From Terriglobia bacterium (GTDB taxonomy: Bacteria > Acidobacteriota > Terriglobia > JAJPHL01 > JAPKYU01), in NCBI GenBank assembly GCA_965206645.1, contig CBDBKE010000004.1:1792001-1856000 (forward strand): a stretch of DNA of 64,000 nucleotides, given 5' to 3'. How positions within the stretch are numbered: position 1 is the first letter of the stretch; each line of letters begins with the position of its first letter. This document shows positions 31,747-42,209 of this stretch, in pieces. The position numbers were made by a program, and so were the translations under genes. The notes beneath the pieces were generated by a model. It worked only from the letters and a program-made list of their open reading frames with translations. It did not search any database and was not told the DNA's origin.

Positions 31747-33381
31747 ATGAAGAAGAAATTTGTTTTGGCGCTACTGTTTCCTCTGCTGTTCGTTCCGCTG
31801 CTTCTCGGCGCGCCAAAGTTCTACGATGACGATCCGCTTGAAAAAGAACCCACCCCGCTTCACGTCGAGAAGGCCAGGTCCCGCAAGCTAAACGACCAAT
31901 ATGATTTGTTACACAATACGCTCGCCAAACCGGGTGAACGGCAGCCGAAGGGGAAAAAGGGCGGCAGGGCTGGATTCATCCCAGCACAGGCGGTCAACAC
32001 CCTGGGCGAAGTTCCTGACAACTCGTGGTTCACCAACCGCATCGGCTCCCGGCCCATGAGCATCGAGGAACTGCTGAGAGGACCGGGCAACGAGAATGGA
32101 CCCTCGATGGAAGGCAAGTGGAGGATCATCGCGGCCAAGACCAAAGGGCTTTCACCCGGTTTCAGGATTCAGGATATGAGAGGCAACAGGCATGTGATGA
32201 AATTCGACCCCATCTCGAATCCCGAAATGGCCACCGGCGCCGACGTCCTCGATTCCGCTTTTTTCCATGCTCTGGGTTACAACGTGTCGGAAAACTACCT
32301 CGTTACTTTTGATGAAGACAAACTGGTCATCGGCGACGGCACGACCCTGGTCGACGTTGGGAGCCGCAAACGCCCAATGTCGCCTCGCGACGTAACCGAA
32401 ATGATGCTCAAAATTCCCCGTGATGCACAGGGTCGAGTCCGTGGAGTGGCCAGCTACATCGTGAAAGGAAAGATACTGGGGGAATTTCGGTATCACGGTA
32501 CGCGATCGGATGATCCCAATGATGTGGTTCCCCATGAGCATCGTCGAGATCTGCGGGGATTGTTTGTTTTCTGCGCCTGGCTGGGACACGACGATTCACG
32601 CAGCATCAATACGCTCGACACCCTGGTTGAAGAGAACGGCCTGAAGTACGTCAAGCACCATCTTATCGATTTCGGTTCCATCCTGGGCAGCGCGACCGAA
32701 AAAGCCAATACTGCCCGGGGAGGGAACGCATACTTCTATGAAACCAAGCCGGCCTTCCTTCAGCTATTTACTCTGGGACTTTACGTTCCCCGCTGGGCCC
32801 GCGTCAGGTACCGCACATTCCCGTCTCTCGGGCTGTTCGACTACAGGACCTTTGAACCGGAGAAGTGGAAACCCGAATACCCCAATCCGGCCTACGGCAA
32901 CCGCCTCCTGGACGATACCTTTTGGGCTGCCAAGAGGGTCATGAGCTTCACGGACGAGCAGATTCGGGCCATCGTCAAGCTCGCGAACTACAGTGACCCG
33001 GAGGCAGAAGCCTGGCTGGTGAAATGCCTGACCGAACGGCGGAACAAGATCGGAGAGACCTACTTCGCCCGCGTGCTGCCGCTAGACGGGTTTCGCGTCA
33101 ACGGCGACCGTCTGGAGTTTGAAGACCTCCAAGTGAAGTACGGCTTCATGAACGCGCGCGACTACACAGTGCGGTGGTCACGCTTCGACAATGACTCGGA
33201 GACCCACGAGGCTATCGCAGCCGCGTCGAGCTCCGTGTTGCCGGAGGAAGTTCAAAGCGCCGCAATGGGTTCCTATTTCGCCGCCACGATCCAGGGAGAG
33301 GACAAGGAAAAGACAGTAACGGTGTATATCCGTAAGCAGCGCGCTGCATACAAGGTGGTGGGCATCGAGCGCACCTGGTGA
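31747..33381 (+). CDS. Exported protein with atypical protein-kinase-like motifs
   Basis: Signal peptide; KTKGLSPGF, VMKFD, EMATG, HDDSRSIN (DxxxxN), IDFG; GGAGG RBS. Confidence 0.65.
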   Translation: MKKKFVLALLFPLLFVPLLLGAPKFYDDDPLEKEPTPLHVEKARSRKLNDQYDLLHNTLAKPGERQPKGKKGGRAGFIPAQAVNTLGEVPDNSWFTNRIGSRPMSIEELLRGPGNENGPSMEGKWRIIAAKTKGLSPGFRIQDMRGNRHVMKFDPISNPEMATGADVLDSAFFHALGYNVSENYLVTFDEDKLVIGDGTTLVDVGSRKRPMSPRDVTEMMLKIPRDAQGRVRGVASYIVKGKILGEFRYHGTRSDDPNDVVPHEHRRDLRGLFVFCAWLGHDDSRSINTLDTLVEENGLKYVKHHLIDFGSILGSATEKANTARGGNAYFYETKPAFLQLFTLGLYVPRWARVRYRTFPSLGLFDYRTFEPEKWKPEYPNPAYGNRLLDDTFWAAKRVMSFTDEQIRAIVKLANYSDPEAEAWLVKCLTERRNKIGETYFARVLPLDGFRVNGDRLEFEDLQVKYGFMNARDYTVRWSRFDNDSETHEAIAAASSSVLPEEVQSAAMGSYFAATIQGEDKEKTVTVYIRKQRAAYKVVGIERTW

Positions 33382-33445
33382 GGTGGCCCCGAAAAAATTG
33401 GCCAATTTCTGCTTTCAGCTTGATTTCGGACTTCCGGCTTCTGAG

Positions 33446-33928
33446 TTACATCTTATAGCGGCCCATATCTTCGTCGCCTAAATTCTCCAGCCACTTTCGC
33501 ATCTCTTCGTCGCTGACCTTCTCCGTAGCGCTGGCGATCTTGGAGGACTTCAGCACTTCCTCGTCGACGAAAATCGGACAGTCCAGGCGCAGGGCGACCG
33601 CCAGAGCATCGCTGGGTCGGGAGTCAATGCAGACGAGCTGGCCGTCGCGCTCCACCCAGATGAGGGCAAAGAAGGTGTCCTCGCGTAGGTCGTTCACCAC
33701 CACCTTCTGCACTCCGGCGCTCAACCCCAATAACACGTTTTTGATCAGGTCGTGGGTCATCGGTCGGGGGGTGTTGACCTTCTCGATCTCCAGAGCAATG
33801 GCGTTGGCCTCGTAGATACCCACCCAGATGGGTAGGATGGCGGTGCCGTTCACGTCCTTCAGGATCACGATCGGCATGTTGGTGACCGGATCCATCATCA
33901 GTCCGCGGATTTTCATCTCCACTTCCAT
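33446..33928 (-). CDS. Bifunctional nuclease family protein (DUF151)
   Basis: LPIWVGIYEANAI, RPMTHDL, DSRPSDALAVALR. Confidence 0.92.
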   Translation of the reverse strand: MEVEMKIRGLMMDPVTNMPIVILKDVNGTAILPIWVGIYEANAIALEIEKVNTPRPMTHDLIKNVLLGLSAGVQKVVVNDLREDTFFALIWVERDGQLVCIDSRPSDALAVALRLDCPIFVDEEVLKSSKIASATEKVSDEEMRKWLENLGDEDMGRYKM

Positions 33929-33978
33929 TGTTCTTCTCCCCTCCAGCAATACTGAAGTGCCGTTGCCGATTCCGTGCG

Positions 33979-35376
33979 TCAGTGTCGCGCCAGCTGTTCA
34001 GCTTCCTCGCGCTCGGCGGCGGGAAGCAACTCCCCGATCAAGCTGTTGGGACCGGCTCTGCCCACCTGCACCCAGGCGTAGGAGCCAAGCCGGTTGCGGT
34101 CAGGCGAGCCTGCGGGAACCGTGAAGTTCAGCACCTTGTTCTGTGAGGTGCGTCCCACCCACTGGTGCAACGCCGGCTGGCGGCCTTCGACCAGTACCTC
34201 CTGGACCGAGTCCACCAGCGCCTGGTTCCGACCCAACTGGATCTGCCGCTGCCTCTCCTGCAGAATCGTCAATCGCCGACCCTTTTGCTCTTCGGGAACC
34301 TGGTTGAAGAACTCCCGTGCTGCAGTATTTGGGCGCGGCGAGTACTTGAACGAAAAGGCGGAATCGTACTGAACTTCCTCCAACAGCGAAAGGGTCTGGG
34401 CAAAGTCCTCCTCGGTCTCGCCAGGGAAGCCCACAATCAGGTCCGTTGTGATGCTGATAGCACGCCGCGCCGTCCGGATACAAGCGATCTTTTCCAGGTA
34501 CTGCTCGCGGCTGTAGCCGCGCTGCATCTGCTCCAGTACGCGGTTGGAGCCGGCCTGCACCGGCAGGTGAACGTGGTCGCACAGCGCCGGGTGGCGGTCG
34601 ATGGCTTCCACGATGTCGGGCGTGAAGTCGCGCGGGTGTGAGGTTGTGAAGCGGACGCGGCGGATGCCTGGCACCTCGGCGACGGCTGAGAGCAGCTCGG
34701 CAAAGCTGAAGCGCGCCGAGGATGGATCGCGGTAGGAGTTGACCGTCTGGCCTAGCAACTGGATCTCCGTGTAGCCCGTCTCGGCCAGGCGGCGCGCCTC
34801 GGCCAGAACGTCGGTGCTGCTGCGGCTGCGCTCCGGCCCCCGAGTGAATGGCACCACGCAAAAGGCGCAGTGATTGTTGCAGCCCTCGATGATGGTGAGA
34901 TAGGCGCGGTACGGGTTGTCGCGCCGGGTAAACTCGGTCTCGAAGGTCTCCTCGGTGTCCAGCTCCAGGCCGGTAACCCGGCGGTTGCCTGACTCCAGTT
35001 GCATCAGAAGTTCCGGCAACTTCCGGTAGCTTGCCGAACCCACCACCAGGCTGACGTGCGGTGCCTTCTCGAAAATTCGCGTCCCTTCCTGCTGCGCCAC
35101 ACAGCCCAGCACGCCGAACAGCTTGCCGCCGAACAGCTTGCCGTTGTTCTGGCCATTGTTCTGCGTCCGCTTGAACTGCCCCAGGCGGGAGAAGACCTTC
35201 TGTTCGGCTTTGTCGCGGATAGAGCAGGTGTTGTACAACACCAGGTCGGCTTCCTCGGGCGTCTCGACGGGCCGGTACCCCTGCGCCATCAACGTGCCCG
35301 CCACCTTCTCGGAGTCGTGCACGTTCATCTGGCAACCGAACGTCTCGATGTAGAAGGTCTTTTGACCGCGTTCCAT
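33979..35376 (-). CDS. miaB: tRNA-2-methylthio-N6-dimethylallyladenosine synthase
   Basis: TFGCQMNVHDSE, NTCSIR, GCVAQ, EGCNNHCAFCVVP, HLPVQAGS, GFPGETEEDF, TRAM domain. Confidence 0.96.
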   Translation of the reverse strand: MERGQKTFYIETFGCQMNVHDSEKVAGTLMAQGYRPVETPEEADLVLYNTCSIRDKAEQKVFSRLGQFKRTQNNGQNNGKLFGGKLFGVLGCVAQQEGTRIFEKAPHVSLVVGSASYRKLPELLMQLESGNRRVTGLELDTEETFETEFTRRDNPYRAYLTIIEGCNNHCAFCVVPFTRGPERSRSSTDVLAEARRLAETGYTEIQLLGQTVNSYRDPSSARFSFAELLSAVAEVPGIRRVRFTTSHPRDFTPDIVEAIDRHPALCDHVHLPVQAGSNRVLEQMQRGYSREQYLEKIACIRTARRAISITTDLIVGFPGETEEDFAQTLSLLEEVQYDSAFSFKYSPRPNTAAREFFNQVPEEQKGRRLTILQERQRQIQLGRNQALVDSVQEVLVEGRQPALHQWVGRTSQNKVLNFTVPAGSPDRNRLGSYAWVQVGRAGPNSLIGELLPAAEREEAEQLARH

Positions 35377-35530
35377 TGACGGCCATTATAACAGACCTGC
35401 CGACGATTCAGTGTTTGGTGGTCCTCTCTCGTCCTGGCTGACACGATTTGGAGCACCGTCGTCTGGCATGCCGTTCAGGAGCGCCAAGTGCGGAAATCCG
35501 CAAAGCCAATCCGCTATCATGAGGGCGCCG

Positions 35531-35902
35531 ATGCCACCCGTCCCTCAAGCAGCAAAAGAACGCCTGGCGCGGGAACGTAACATCTGGATCGCTACCGCGC
35601 GTCCGGACGGACGGCCGCATATGGTGCCGGTGTGGTTTACGCAGGTGGAGGACCAGCTCTACATCTGCATTGAGCCGCAAAGCGTGAAAGGGCGGAACCT
35701 GCGGTCCAACCGGAAGGTTTGCCTGGCGCTGGAAGACGGCGTAAACCCTCTCATCTGCGAAGGCGCGGCACAAGTTCTGGAGAAACCCTGGCCGACCGCG
35801 GTGGTTTCAGGGTTCGTCGAAAAATACGGCTGGGACATCTCCGTCGAGCGTCAGTACACCCAGCTTATCGAGATCACTCCACACAAGTGGCTCCACTGGT
35901 GA
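35531..35902 (+). CDS. Pyridoxamine 5'-phosphate oxidase-like (PPOX class) flavin-binding protein
   Basis: WIATARPDGRPHMVPVWF, KGRNLRSNRKVCL. Confidence 0.85.
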   Translation: MPPVPQAAKERLARERNIWIATARPDGRPHMVPVWFTQVEDQLYICIEPQSVKGRNLRSNRKVCLALEDGVNPLICEGAAQVLEKPWPTAVVSGFVEKYGWDISVERQYTQLIEITPHKWLHW

Positions 35903-35936
35903 GAAGCTCGGAGTACCCATCAGAAGTTCGTTAGTC

Positions 35937-36020
35937 CTGCCTATTTGACATCTTTGACATCCTGACAGTCCGCCATGCGCCATGACACCGCTCAAAGCGG
36001 CGTCTCAGGAGGGCGAAGAT
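35937..36020. repeat. Direct-repeat copy of the hydrolase gene 3' end (76 bp plus an 8-bp insertion)
   Basis: Identical to 36269-36344 except for GACACCGC at 35984-35991. Confidence 0.92.
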
Positions 36021-36268
36021 CACGTTGGCGACCGACATTGACGTATACTTCTGTGATCCTCAGAGTCCATGGCAGCGCGGTTCGAATGAGAACACCAACG
36101 GTCTACTCCGACAGTACTTCCCCAAGGGAACGGACTTGTCGGTGCACTCTCAGGCGCATCTGAACAAGGTGGCACGTCAGCTGAACGAACGGCCCCGTCA
36201 GACGCTGGAGTTTGAAACTCCGGCAGAACGATTTAACGCTTGTGTTGCATCGACCGGTTGAGCTGGCA
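36021..36268 (+). mobile_element. IS30 family remnant (transposase C-terminus and right end)
   Basis: [32 protein letters not shown]...LNERPRQTL; terminus TGTTGCATCGACCGGTTGAGCTGGCA. Confidence 0.9.
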
Positions 36269-36272
36269 CTGC

Positions 36273-37922
36273 CTATTTGACATCTTTGACATCCTGACAG
36301 TCCGCCATGCGCCATTCAAAGCGGCGTCTCAGGAGGGCGAAGATGAAGAAGGGCAGAACGGCGAAACGGAGGATGACCCAGCCGGCCAGACGCAGCGACT
36401 CCTGGTCCACAAAGCCCTGCGCCGCGCGGATGGAAACAATCGCCGCCAGGGCCCCGAACAGAGCCAGCACCAGAAGCCAGGCCCCCCATTTTCTTCGCTC
36501 CGGCCCGGCAGTTTTGCCTCGCCGCGGTACAAAGCGCCGAGCCAGGCCCCACAGCCCACCCAGCACCAGGCCTGGCCGGACCAACTCCACGGCCAAGATT
36601 CCCAAGAAAAGCCATCCCGGGCGCAGCACAGCCCCGGTATAGCTGGAAAACAGCAGCCCTCGCGGATAAACGAACAGGTAGGAATTGAGCAGGCCAGTGG
36701 CGTGCCAAAAGGGAAACGCGGGCAGCCCAACTAGCAGGTGTGGATAGCGCCAGAAGTAAGCCCCCTGGTTGACCGCGAGCGTGATCAGCAGGCTGAACCA
36801 GCCCAGCGCAATCAGTGTAATCAGCCGTGCCGCGCGGCTCGCCACACCGCCCGTGGCACCGGTAGGAAGGATTTTGCTTCTTGCGTTGACCACCAGTAGC
36901 AACGCCAGGCTCCACAGCGTCAAGTCGGCGCGGAGCAGTGCAAGTCTTGGCAACGGCACCAGAACCAGTGCCGCCACCAGCACGCCGATCGCGACAGTGA
37001 ACAGGCGCAGCCGTGTGGGGCGCACTCGACGCACCAGCAGCAACCAGCCAAACAGGAACGCCAGGCTGTAGCAGGCGTAAAACCAGGGTGCGACAGCCAG
37101 GCCCGGTCGGGGCGCTGCGCGCCCCTCAAATGAGCTAGTGAACCATTCCAACGCGCGCACCGCCGTGCCGTGGTTTGAAAACTCGGTGAAGTGGTCGGCT
37201 GTGGCGGTCACGCTCAGTCGCCGCGCCGTTCCCCGCCCGAAATCGCCGGTGGTGCGCTCAATTTCCGCGATCCCCTCGCTGTTGCTCGATTCCATCACCT
37301 GCTGCATCTCGGAAAGCGGGCGGAACTCGTCGTAGAGCCCCACCAGCCAGAGCAGGTTCTGCGGCCGGGTCTTGGTGACGTCGCCGGCGATGCCCACCGC
37401 GACAGTGGCGCGCACCCAGGGCTGCTCGATGCCGGCGCGGAGGGCGAGCGTGCCCCCCACGGAATGGCCGATCAGGCCGATGCGGGCGCGGTCCACATCG
37501 GGCCGGAGGACCAGGTAATCCAGTGCGGCGCCGGCGTCCAAGGCTGTGATGGCCAGCAGGTTCTCGCGCAGCAGGCTGCGGTTTTCACCGGGAGCGGCCC
37601 CGCGGAAATCGAACGTCACCACCAGCATGCCTCTCCGCACGAATTCCAGGATCAACGCCAGCCCTGCTTCCGGCGGGCTGTTCACCGGCTGGCAGACCAG
37701 GACAGCGGGCCGCGGGCGCTGTCCCTTGTGCGGCTCGAATACCACCACGCGGAGTGGCATGTCCCGTGCATTCTTCAATACCACTGTGTAGCGGTCGAAG
37801 GACGCCAGCCGAGTCCAGGCCAACATGCCAACCAGTGCGGTCAACAGGAAGAGGCCGGCCAGCAGGTGGTCAAGAAACCGGGGAGCGCGAAGAAGCGGCG
37901 GCGGTATGCGGCTTTGTTCCAT
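36273..37922 (-). CDS. Alpha/beta hydrolase fused to a multi-pass membrane domain
   Basis: VTFDFRG, IGLIGHSVGG (GxSxG), DH; many C-terminal TM helices. Confidence 0.8.
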   Translation of the reverse strand: MEQSRIPPPLLRAPRFLDHLLAGLFLLTALVGMLAWTRLASFDRYTVVLKNARDMPLRVVVFEPHKGQRPRPAVLVCQPVNSPPEAGLALILEFVRRGMLVVTFDFRGAAPGENRSLLRENLLAITALDAGAALDYLVLRPDVDRARIGLIGHSVGGTLALRAGIEQPWVRATVAVGIAGDVTKTRPQNLLWLVGLYDEFRPLSEMQQVMESSNSEGIAEIERTTGDFGRGTARRLSVTATADHFTEFSNHGTAVRALEWFTSSFEGRAAPRPGLAVAPWFYACYSLAFLFGWLLLVRRVRPTRLRLFTVAIGVLVAALVLVPLPRLALLRADLTLWSLALLLVVNARSKILPTGATGGVASRAARLITLIALGWFSLLITLAVNQGAYFWRYPHLLVGLPAFPFWHATGLLNSYLFVYPRGLLFSSYTGAVLRPGWLFLGILAVELVRPGLVLGGLWGLARRFVPRRGKTAGPERRKWGAWLLVLALFGALAAIVSIRAAQGFVDQESLRLAGWVILRFAVLPFFIFALLRRRFEWRMADCQDVKDVK

Positions 37923-38201
37923 GCGACGCCGCGGGCGCGGGGCTCACAGGCAACCCGCAACAAGCGCGGCGGTGTGTCCCACTACATCAATAGCCAATCG
38001 CGAGCTTATAGTAGACATGCTTGGAACCACAGTCACCGTTTAAAAAGTGCAGAAGAGGAAGTGGCCGTGAGCAAATTGACTCTAGGGCTTCTTGGCCTGT
38101 GTCTAATATTGGGCGGCCCCTTTCTCGACTTCTTTGTGACTCGACGAAAGCACAAACGTCTGTTGCTGCTGATGAGGGAATTGCTAGACGAACGATCTTC
38201 C

Positions 38202-39481
38202 TGACCTGCCTGGCGATTTCCGGACCAGCTGAAGCCTGAGAGAATGGCGCCCTCGGAGAAACGAGGGAGCCATGAAGAAGACCCGGTTTACCGAAGAGCA
38301 GATGGTGACGATCCTCCGCGAGGCCGATCAGCGGCCCGTTCCGGAGGTGGCCAAAAAGAACGGCGTCAGCGCCCAGACGCTCTACGCCTGGCGGAAACAC
38401 TTCGGCACGTTGGAGCCCGCCGATGTGAAGCGGCTGCGGCAGCTCGAGCAGGAGAACGGCCGGCTGAAAAAGATGGTGGCCGATCGAGATCTGGAGATCG
38501 ACGTGCTCAAGGAGATCACCCGAAAAAAATGGTAGGCGCACGCGTGCGCCGGCCGCAGGTCGCGTATGCACGTGCACGCGGTCTGTCGGGTCGCCGCGCG
38601 TGCGCCTTGCTCTCCGTCGCACGGTCCACGCTGGGCTACCAGTCGCGGCTGGTCGACCGGGATGCCCCGGCGCTGGCCGCGATGCGTCGTCTGGCGGCGC
38701 AGTATCCGCGGTACGGCTATCGCCGGATTCGGATTTTCCTAAAACGCGAAGGGCACACGATGAGCACGGACCGGACCCATCGCCTCTGGCGCCAGGCGGG
38801 GTTGCAGGTGCCTCGGCGGCGGCCGCGGCGCCGGGTCGCCCTGAGCCGGCCCCGCCCGGTGCCCGCCACTGCGGTCAATCACGTCTGGGCGTACGACTTC
38901 GTGTTCGACACCTGCGCGAATGGGCAGACGCTCAAGTGCCTCACCGTCGTCGACGAATGGACCCGCGAGTCACTCGCGATCGACGTGGCCGGCGGCATTC
39001 GGTCCGGGCGCGTTATCGAGGTGCTCACGCAGCTCGTGAGCGTCCACGGAGCCCCACGTTACCTCCGGTCCGACAACGGCCCCGAGTTTGTCGCGGGTGC
39101 GATTCTCCGGTGGCTGCTCCAGGCGCAGATCGAAACCGCGCTCATCGAGCCGGGCAAGCCGTGGCAGAATGCGACCGACGAATCGTTCAACGGGAAGTTC
39201 CGCGACGAGTATCTGAGCCTGCAGTGGTTTCGGAACCGCGTGGACGCGAAGGTGGGGATCGAGCAATGGCGACGGCACTACAACGACGTGCGACCGCACT
39301 CGAGCCTTGGCTATCTGACGCCAGCCGAGTTCAAAGCGCAGCTCCGTGCTGGCTCGGATGACGGTGGGCGCTCGCCGGCGATGCCGGCTCACGCTGACCA
39401 AGAAGAACACGAGAGCGACTTAACCATGCCGACTGGCGCTGTTCTCCAGTAATCGGTGGTCCGAAGAAAGCCGGCAGGTCA
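38202..39481 (+). mobile_element. IS3 family element (IS407-like), 1280 bp, complete
   Basis: IRs TGACCTGCC...CGGACCA; 4-bp target duplication TTCC (38198-201 and 39482-85). Confidence 0.95.
38272..39452 (+). CDS. IS3 transposase OrfA (38272-38535) / OrfB, programmed -1 frameshift
   Basis: MKKTRFTEEQM; A7 slippery run; WAYDFV, VDEWTRE, SDNGPEF, GKPWQN, RPHSSLGY. Confidence 0.93.
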
Positions 39482-40453
39482 TTCCGAGATACAAGCGGAG
39501 CGCTTTCTACCGAAGAAAAAACTGGAAGGACATTTCCGCGGCCGGAAAGTAGGATTCTATCTCAACGAGGCGTCTTCCTGGTCCCAGTTCTTCTCGCCCC
39601 AGATCCCCTGGCCTGAGTTCCAGATTGCGCTCTCCTGCAATTTCTTTTTCTTCTTCGAGGTCGAAAGAGGAAGGGGCATCCGTGAGGTCATAAGAGCTCA
39701 TTTTGACTACCGTCCTCCGTTAGGCCGTAAGCTGAAGATCGGTGATCCCGACCTGGACAGGAAGTTCCGATTCTATTACGGCTCTCGCCGTGGGCTAAGC
39801 GCCATTGGAAGGTTGATCCGAAGATTGCTCCGTCGCTATTGCGGTCCCGACGGCTACACTCGGGACCAACAAGTTGATGACAGTCTGCAATTCATTGAAT
39901 GGGTAAAGCGTCCCGAAGTCCGAGACTGCCTTCAGTTGTTGCTGGCCCCACATCACGCACACCGTCTCGGGTTCAGGATCGGGGCCCTTGGTGATTCCGC
40001 GCTTGAGGTGACCCATGGTCCGTATCGTAAGAAGCACCTGGCGTTGGCAATGTGCAGAACTGCTTGCGGAAATCTGGAGACACTGGCGCAGTCGCTGGAG
40101 AAGGCCTTTCGAGACGCCAAACTTGGAGGTTCGTCACTACATTCGTCAACATCCTCGTTGAATTACCCCCCCCACAGTTAATGGGCGCTCTTAACCAGAC
40201 GCGTCCCTCATTGCCACGCAGGGTGCACGATCACGGAGGGTGGGCGCCTCTAGCCGCACGGCGGCGTTCTCCCCAACTGGCGCACAGCATAGCCAAAACG
40301 GGGACGGAGGTAAAGGCACGCCGCGGCCTGTTCGGAGACCGACAAAGCCGCCAAGCTCGCCTGCTTTTCCTTTGGACAAGGCCGAGACTTCGCGTTATAC
40401 GGTGGGAGCCAGGGGCGTTTTAAAATCTTACTCAGTCACGGAAGGGGGCAGGA

Positions 40454-42166
40454 ATGAGCTTGCCGCTGCTCGCAGTGATCGTGATGTTGCTGCTCATCGC
40501 TGGCTACAGCCTCTACGGAAGATTCGTGGCCCGGCTGGTGGCCCTGGACCCGAACCGGCCCACTCCCGCCGCCACCGTCAACGATGGCGTGGATTTCGTG
40601 CCCACCCCCCGCTTCTATCTGCTGGGGCAGCATTTCTCTGCCATTGCCGCTGCCGGGCCCATCGCCGGCCCCATCATTGCCTGCATTTATTTTGGCTGGC
40701 TGCCCTCGATCTTGTGGATTGTCCTGGGGGTGATCTTCATTGGCGCGGTGCACGATTTCTCCAGTCTCATCGCCTCGTTGCGTCACGGGGCGCGCTCGAT
40801 CGCCGAGATCATGCGGGAGAACGTAAGCCGCCGCGCCTGGTGGGCCATGCTGAGCTTCATCTGGATCGCCCTGATCTACGTCATCGTGGCCTTTGCCGAC
40901 ATCACCGCCAGTACCTTCGTCGGCGACACCCAGGAGTTTCCGCTCCAAAACGTCACCTTCAACCCTGGCGGAGCCGTGGCGCTGGCCAGCACGCTGTACC
41001 TGCTGCTGGCCGTAGTGATGGGCTTGGTCCGAAGGTTTTGGAACCCGCCGCTGTGGCTGCTGACGGTAACCTTTGTCCCGGCCACATTCGTGCTGGTGTG
41101 GCTGAGCACCAAGGTTTCCACTCTGTTCGTCTTTGCCTCCCAAAACCCAGTCAAGATGTGGGGCCTGTTGATTCTGGCCTATTGCTTTGTGGCCTCGCTG
41201 GTGCCGGTGTGGGCGCTGCTGCAACCCCGGGGGTACCTGGGTGGCTTCGTCCTCTACACTGCGCTAGCCGTGGGAGTGTTTGGGGTGTTCTTCGGCAACT
41301 TTGAGATCTCCCAGGAAGCCTTCAAAACCTGGAGTGCCACAGCCAAAGACGGCTCGGCGATCCCGCTGTTCCCCTTCCTGTTTGTCACCATTGCTTGCGG
41401 CGCCTGTTCCGGCTTCCACGGCCTGGTCTGTTCCGGCACGACTTCCAAACAGATCGCCTGTGAGCCCGACAGCCGGTCCATCGGCTACGGGGCGATGCTG
41501 CTGGAAGGATTTGTGGCCCTGATTGCCCTGGCCACCATCATGATCGTGCTGCCGAAGGACACCGTCGGCCTGGCGCCGGGAACCATTTATGGAAACGGCC
41601 TGGGCTCCTTCCTGACAGTCCTCATCGGCGAGAAGCATCGTTTGTTTGCGGTGACCTTCGGGACCATGGCCTTCTCTACTTTTGTCTTTGATACGCTGGA
41701 CGTGGCCACCCGCCTGGGCCGCCACATTGTGCTGGAGCTGTTCGACTGGAAAGGGAAGCGGGGCATGATAGCGGCCACCGCCATCACGCTCCTTCCGGCC
41801 TACATTTTCATCGCCACGGCGGAGAAGGGCGCCTACCTGAAATTCTGGACGCTGTTTGGCACCTCCAACCAGTTGCTGGCTGCCCTCACCTTGCTGGCCG
41901 TTACCCGCTGGTTGATGCGTACCGGACGCCCCTACTGGTTCACCCTGCTGCCTATGCTCTTCATGATGACGATTTCGCTGTGGGCGCTGGTCACCCAGTT
42001 TGCCAATTTCAGCGGCACCGTGCTGGACCAGGGGTTGCTGGCTGCCGGCGTCACGGCCGCCAACGCGATTGGCGCGCTGGTGCTGCTGATCATGACCGGC
42101 GTCATTCTCTGGGAAGCTCGCCGCGCGCACATCCAGGGGAGGCTGGAACTGGAGTTGGCCAAGTGA
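40454..42166 (+). CDS. cstA: Carbon starvation protein A family transporter
   Basis: TPAATVNDGVDFVP, HFSAIAAAGPI, GAVHDF, QPRGYL, TIACGACSGFH, IGYGAMLLEG, LFGTSNQLLA. Confidence 0.92.
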   Translation: MSLPLLAVIVMLLLIAGYSLYGRFVARLVALDPNRPTPAATVNDGVDFVPTPRFYLLGQHFSAIAAAGPIAGPIIACIYFGWLPSILWIVLGVIFIGAVHDFSSLIASLRHGARSIAEIMRENVSRRAWWAMLSFIWIALIYVIVAFADITASTFVGDTQEFPLQNVTFNPGGAVALASTLYLLLAVVMGLVRRFWNPPLWLLTVTFVPATFVLVWLSTKVSTLFVFASQNPVKMWGLLILAYCFVASLVPVWALLQPRGYLGGFVLYTALAVGVFGVFFGNFEISQEAFKTWSATAKDGSAIPLFPFLFVTIACGACSGFHGLVCSGTTSKQIACEPDSRSIGYGAMLLEGFVALIALATIMIVLPKDTVGLAPGTIYGNGLGSFLTVLIGEKHRLFAVTFGTMAFSTFVFDTLDVATRLGRHIVLELFDWKGKRGMIAATAITLLPAYIFIATAEKGAYLKFWTLFGTSNQLLAALTLLAVTRWLMRTGRPYWFTLLPMLFMMTISLWALVTQFANFSGTVLDQGLLAAGVTAANAIGALVLLIMTGVILWEARRAHIQGRLELELAK

Positions 42167-42209
42167 AGCGCGTGTCCTCCACCGTTTCGCGTGCGCCAAC
42201 TTGCAACGA

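Larger units (their letters stand above)
38067..40181 (+). pseudogene. Orphan membrane-anchored protein (about 276 aa) split by an IS3 element
   Basis: Removing IS 38202-39481 and one TTCC joins ...LLDERSS to EIQAERF... in frame; lower GC. Confidence 0.75.

Noticed and set aside
35937-36344. DGR-like template/variable repeat pair
   Set aside because: The copies differ by one 8-bp indel, not by adenine-specific substitutions, and there is no RT or avd gene in the window
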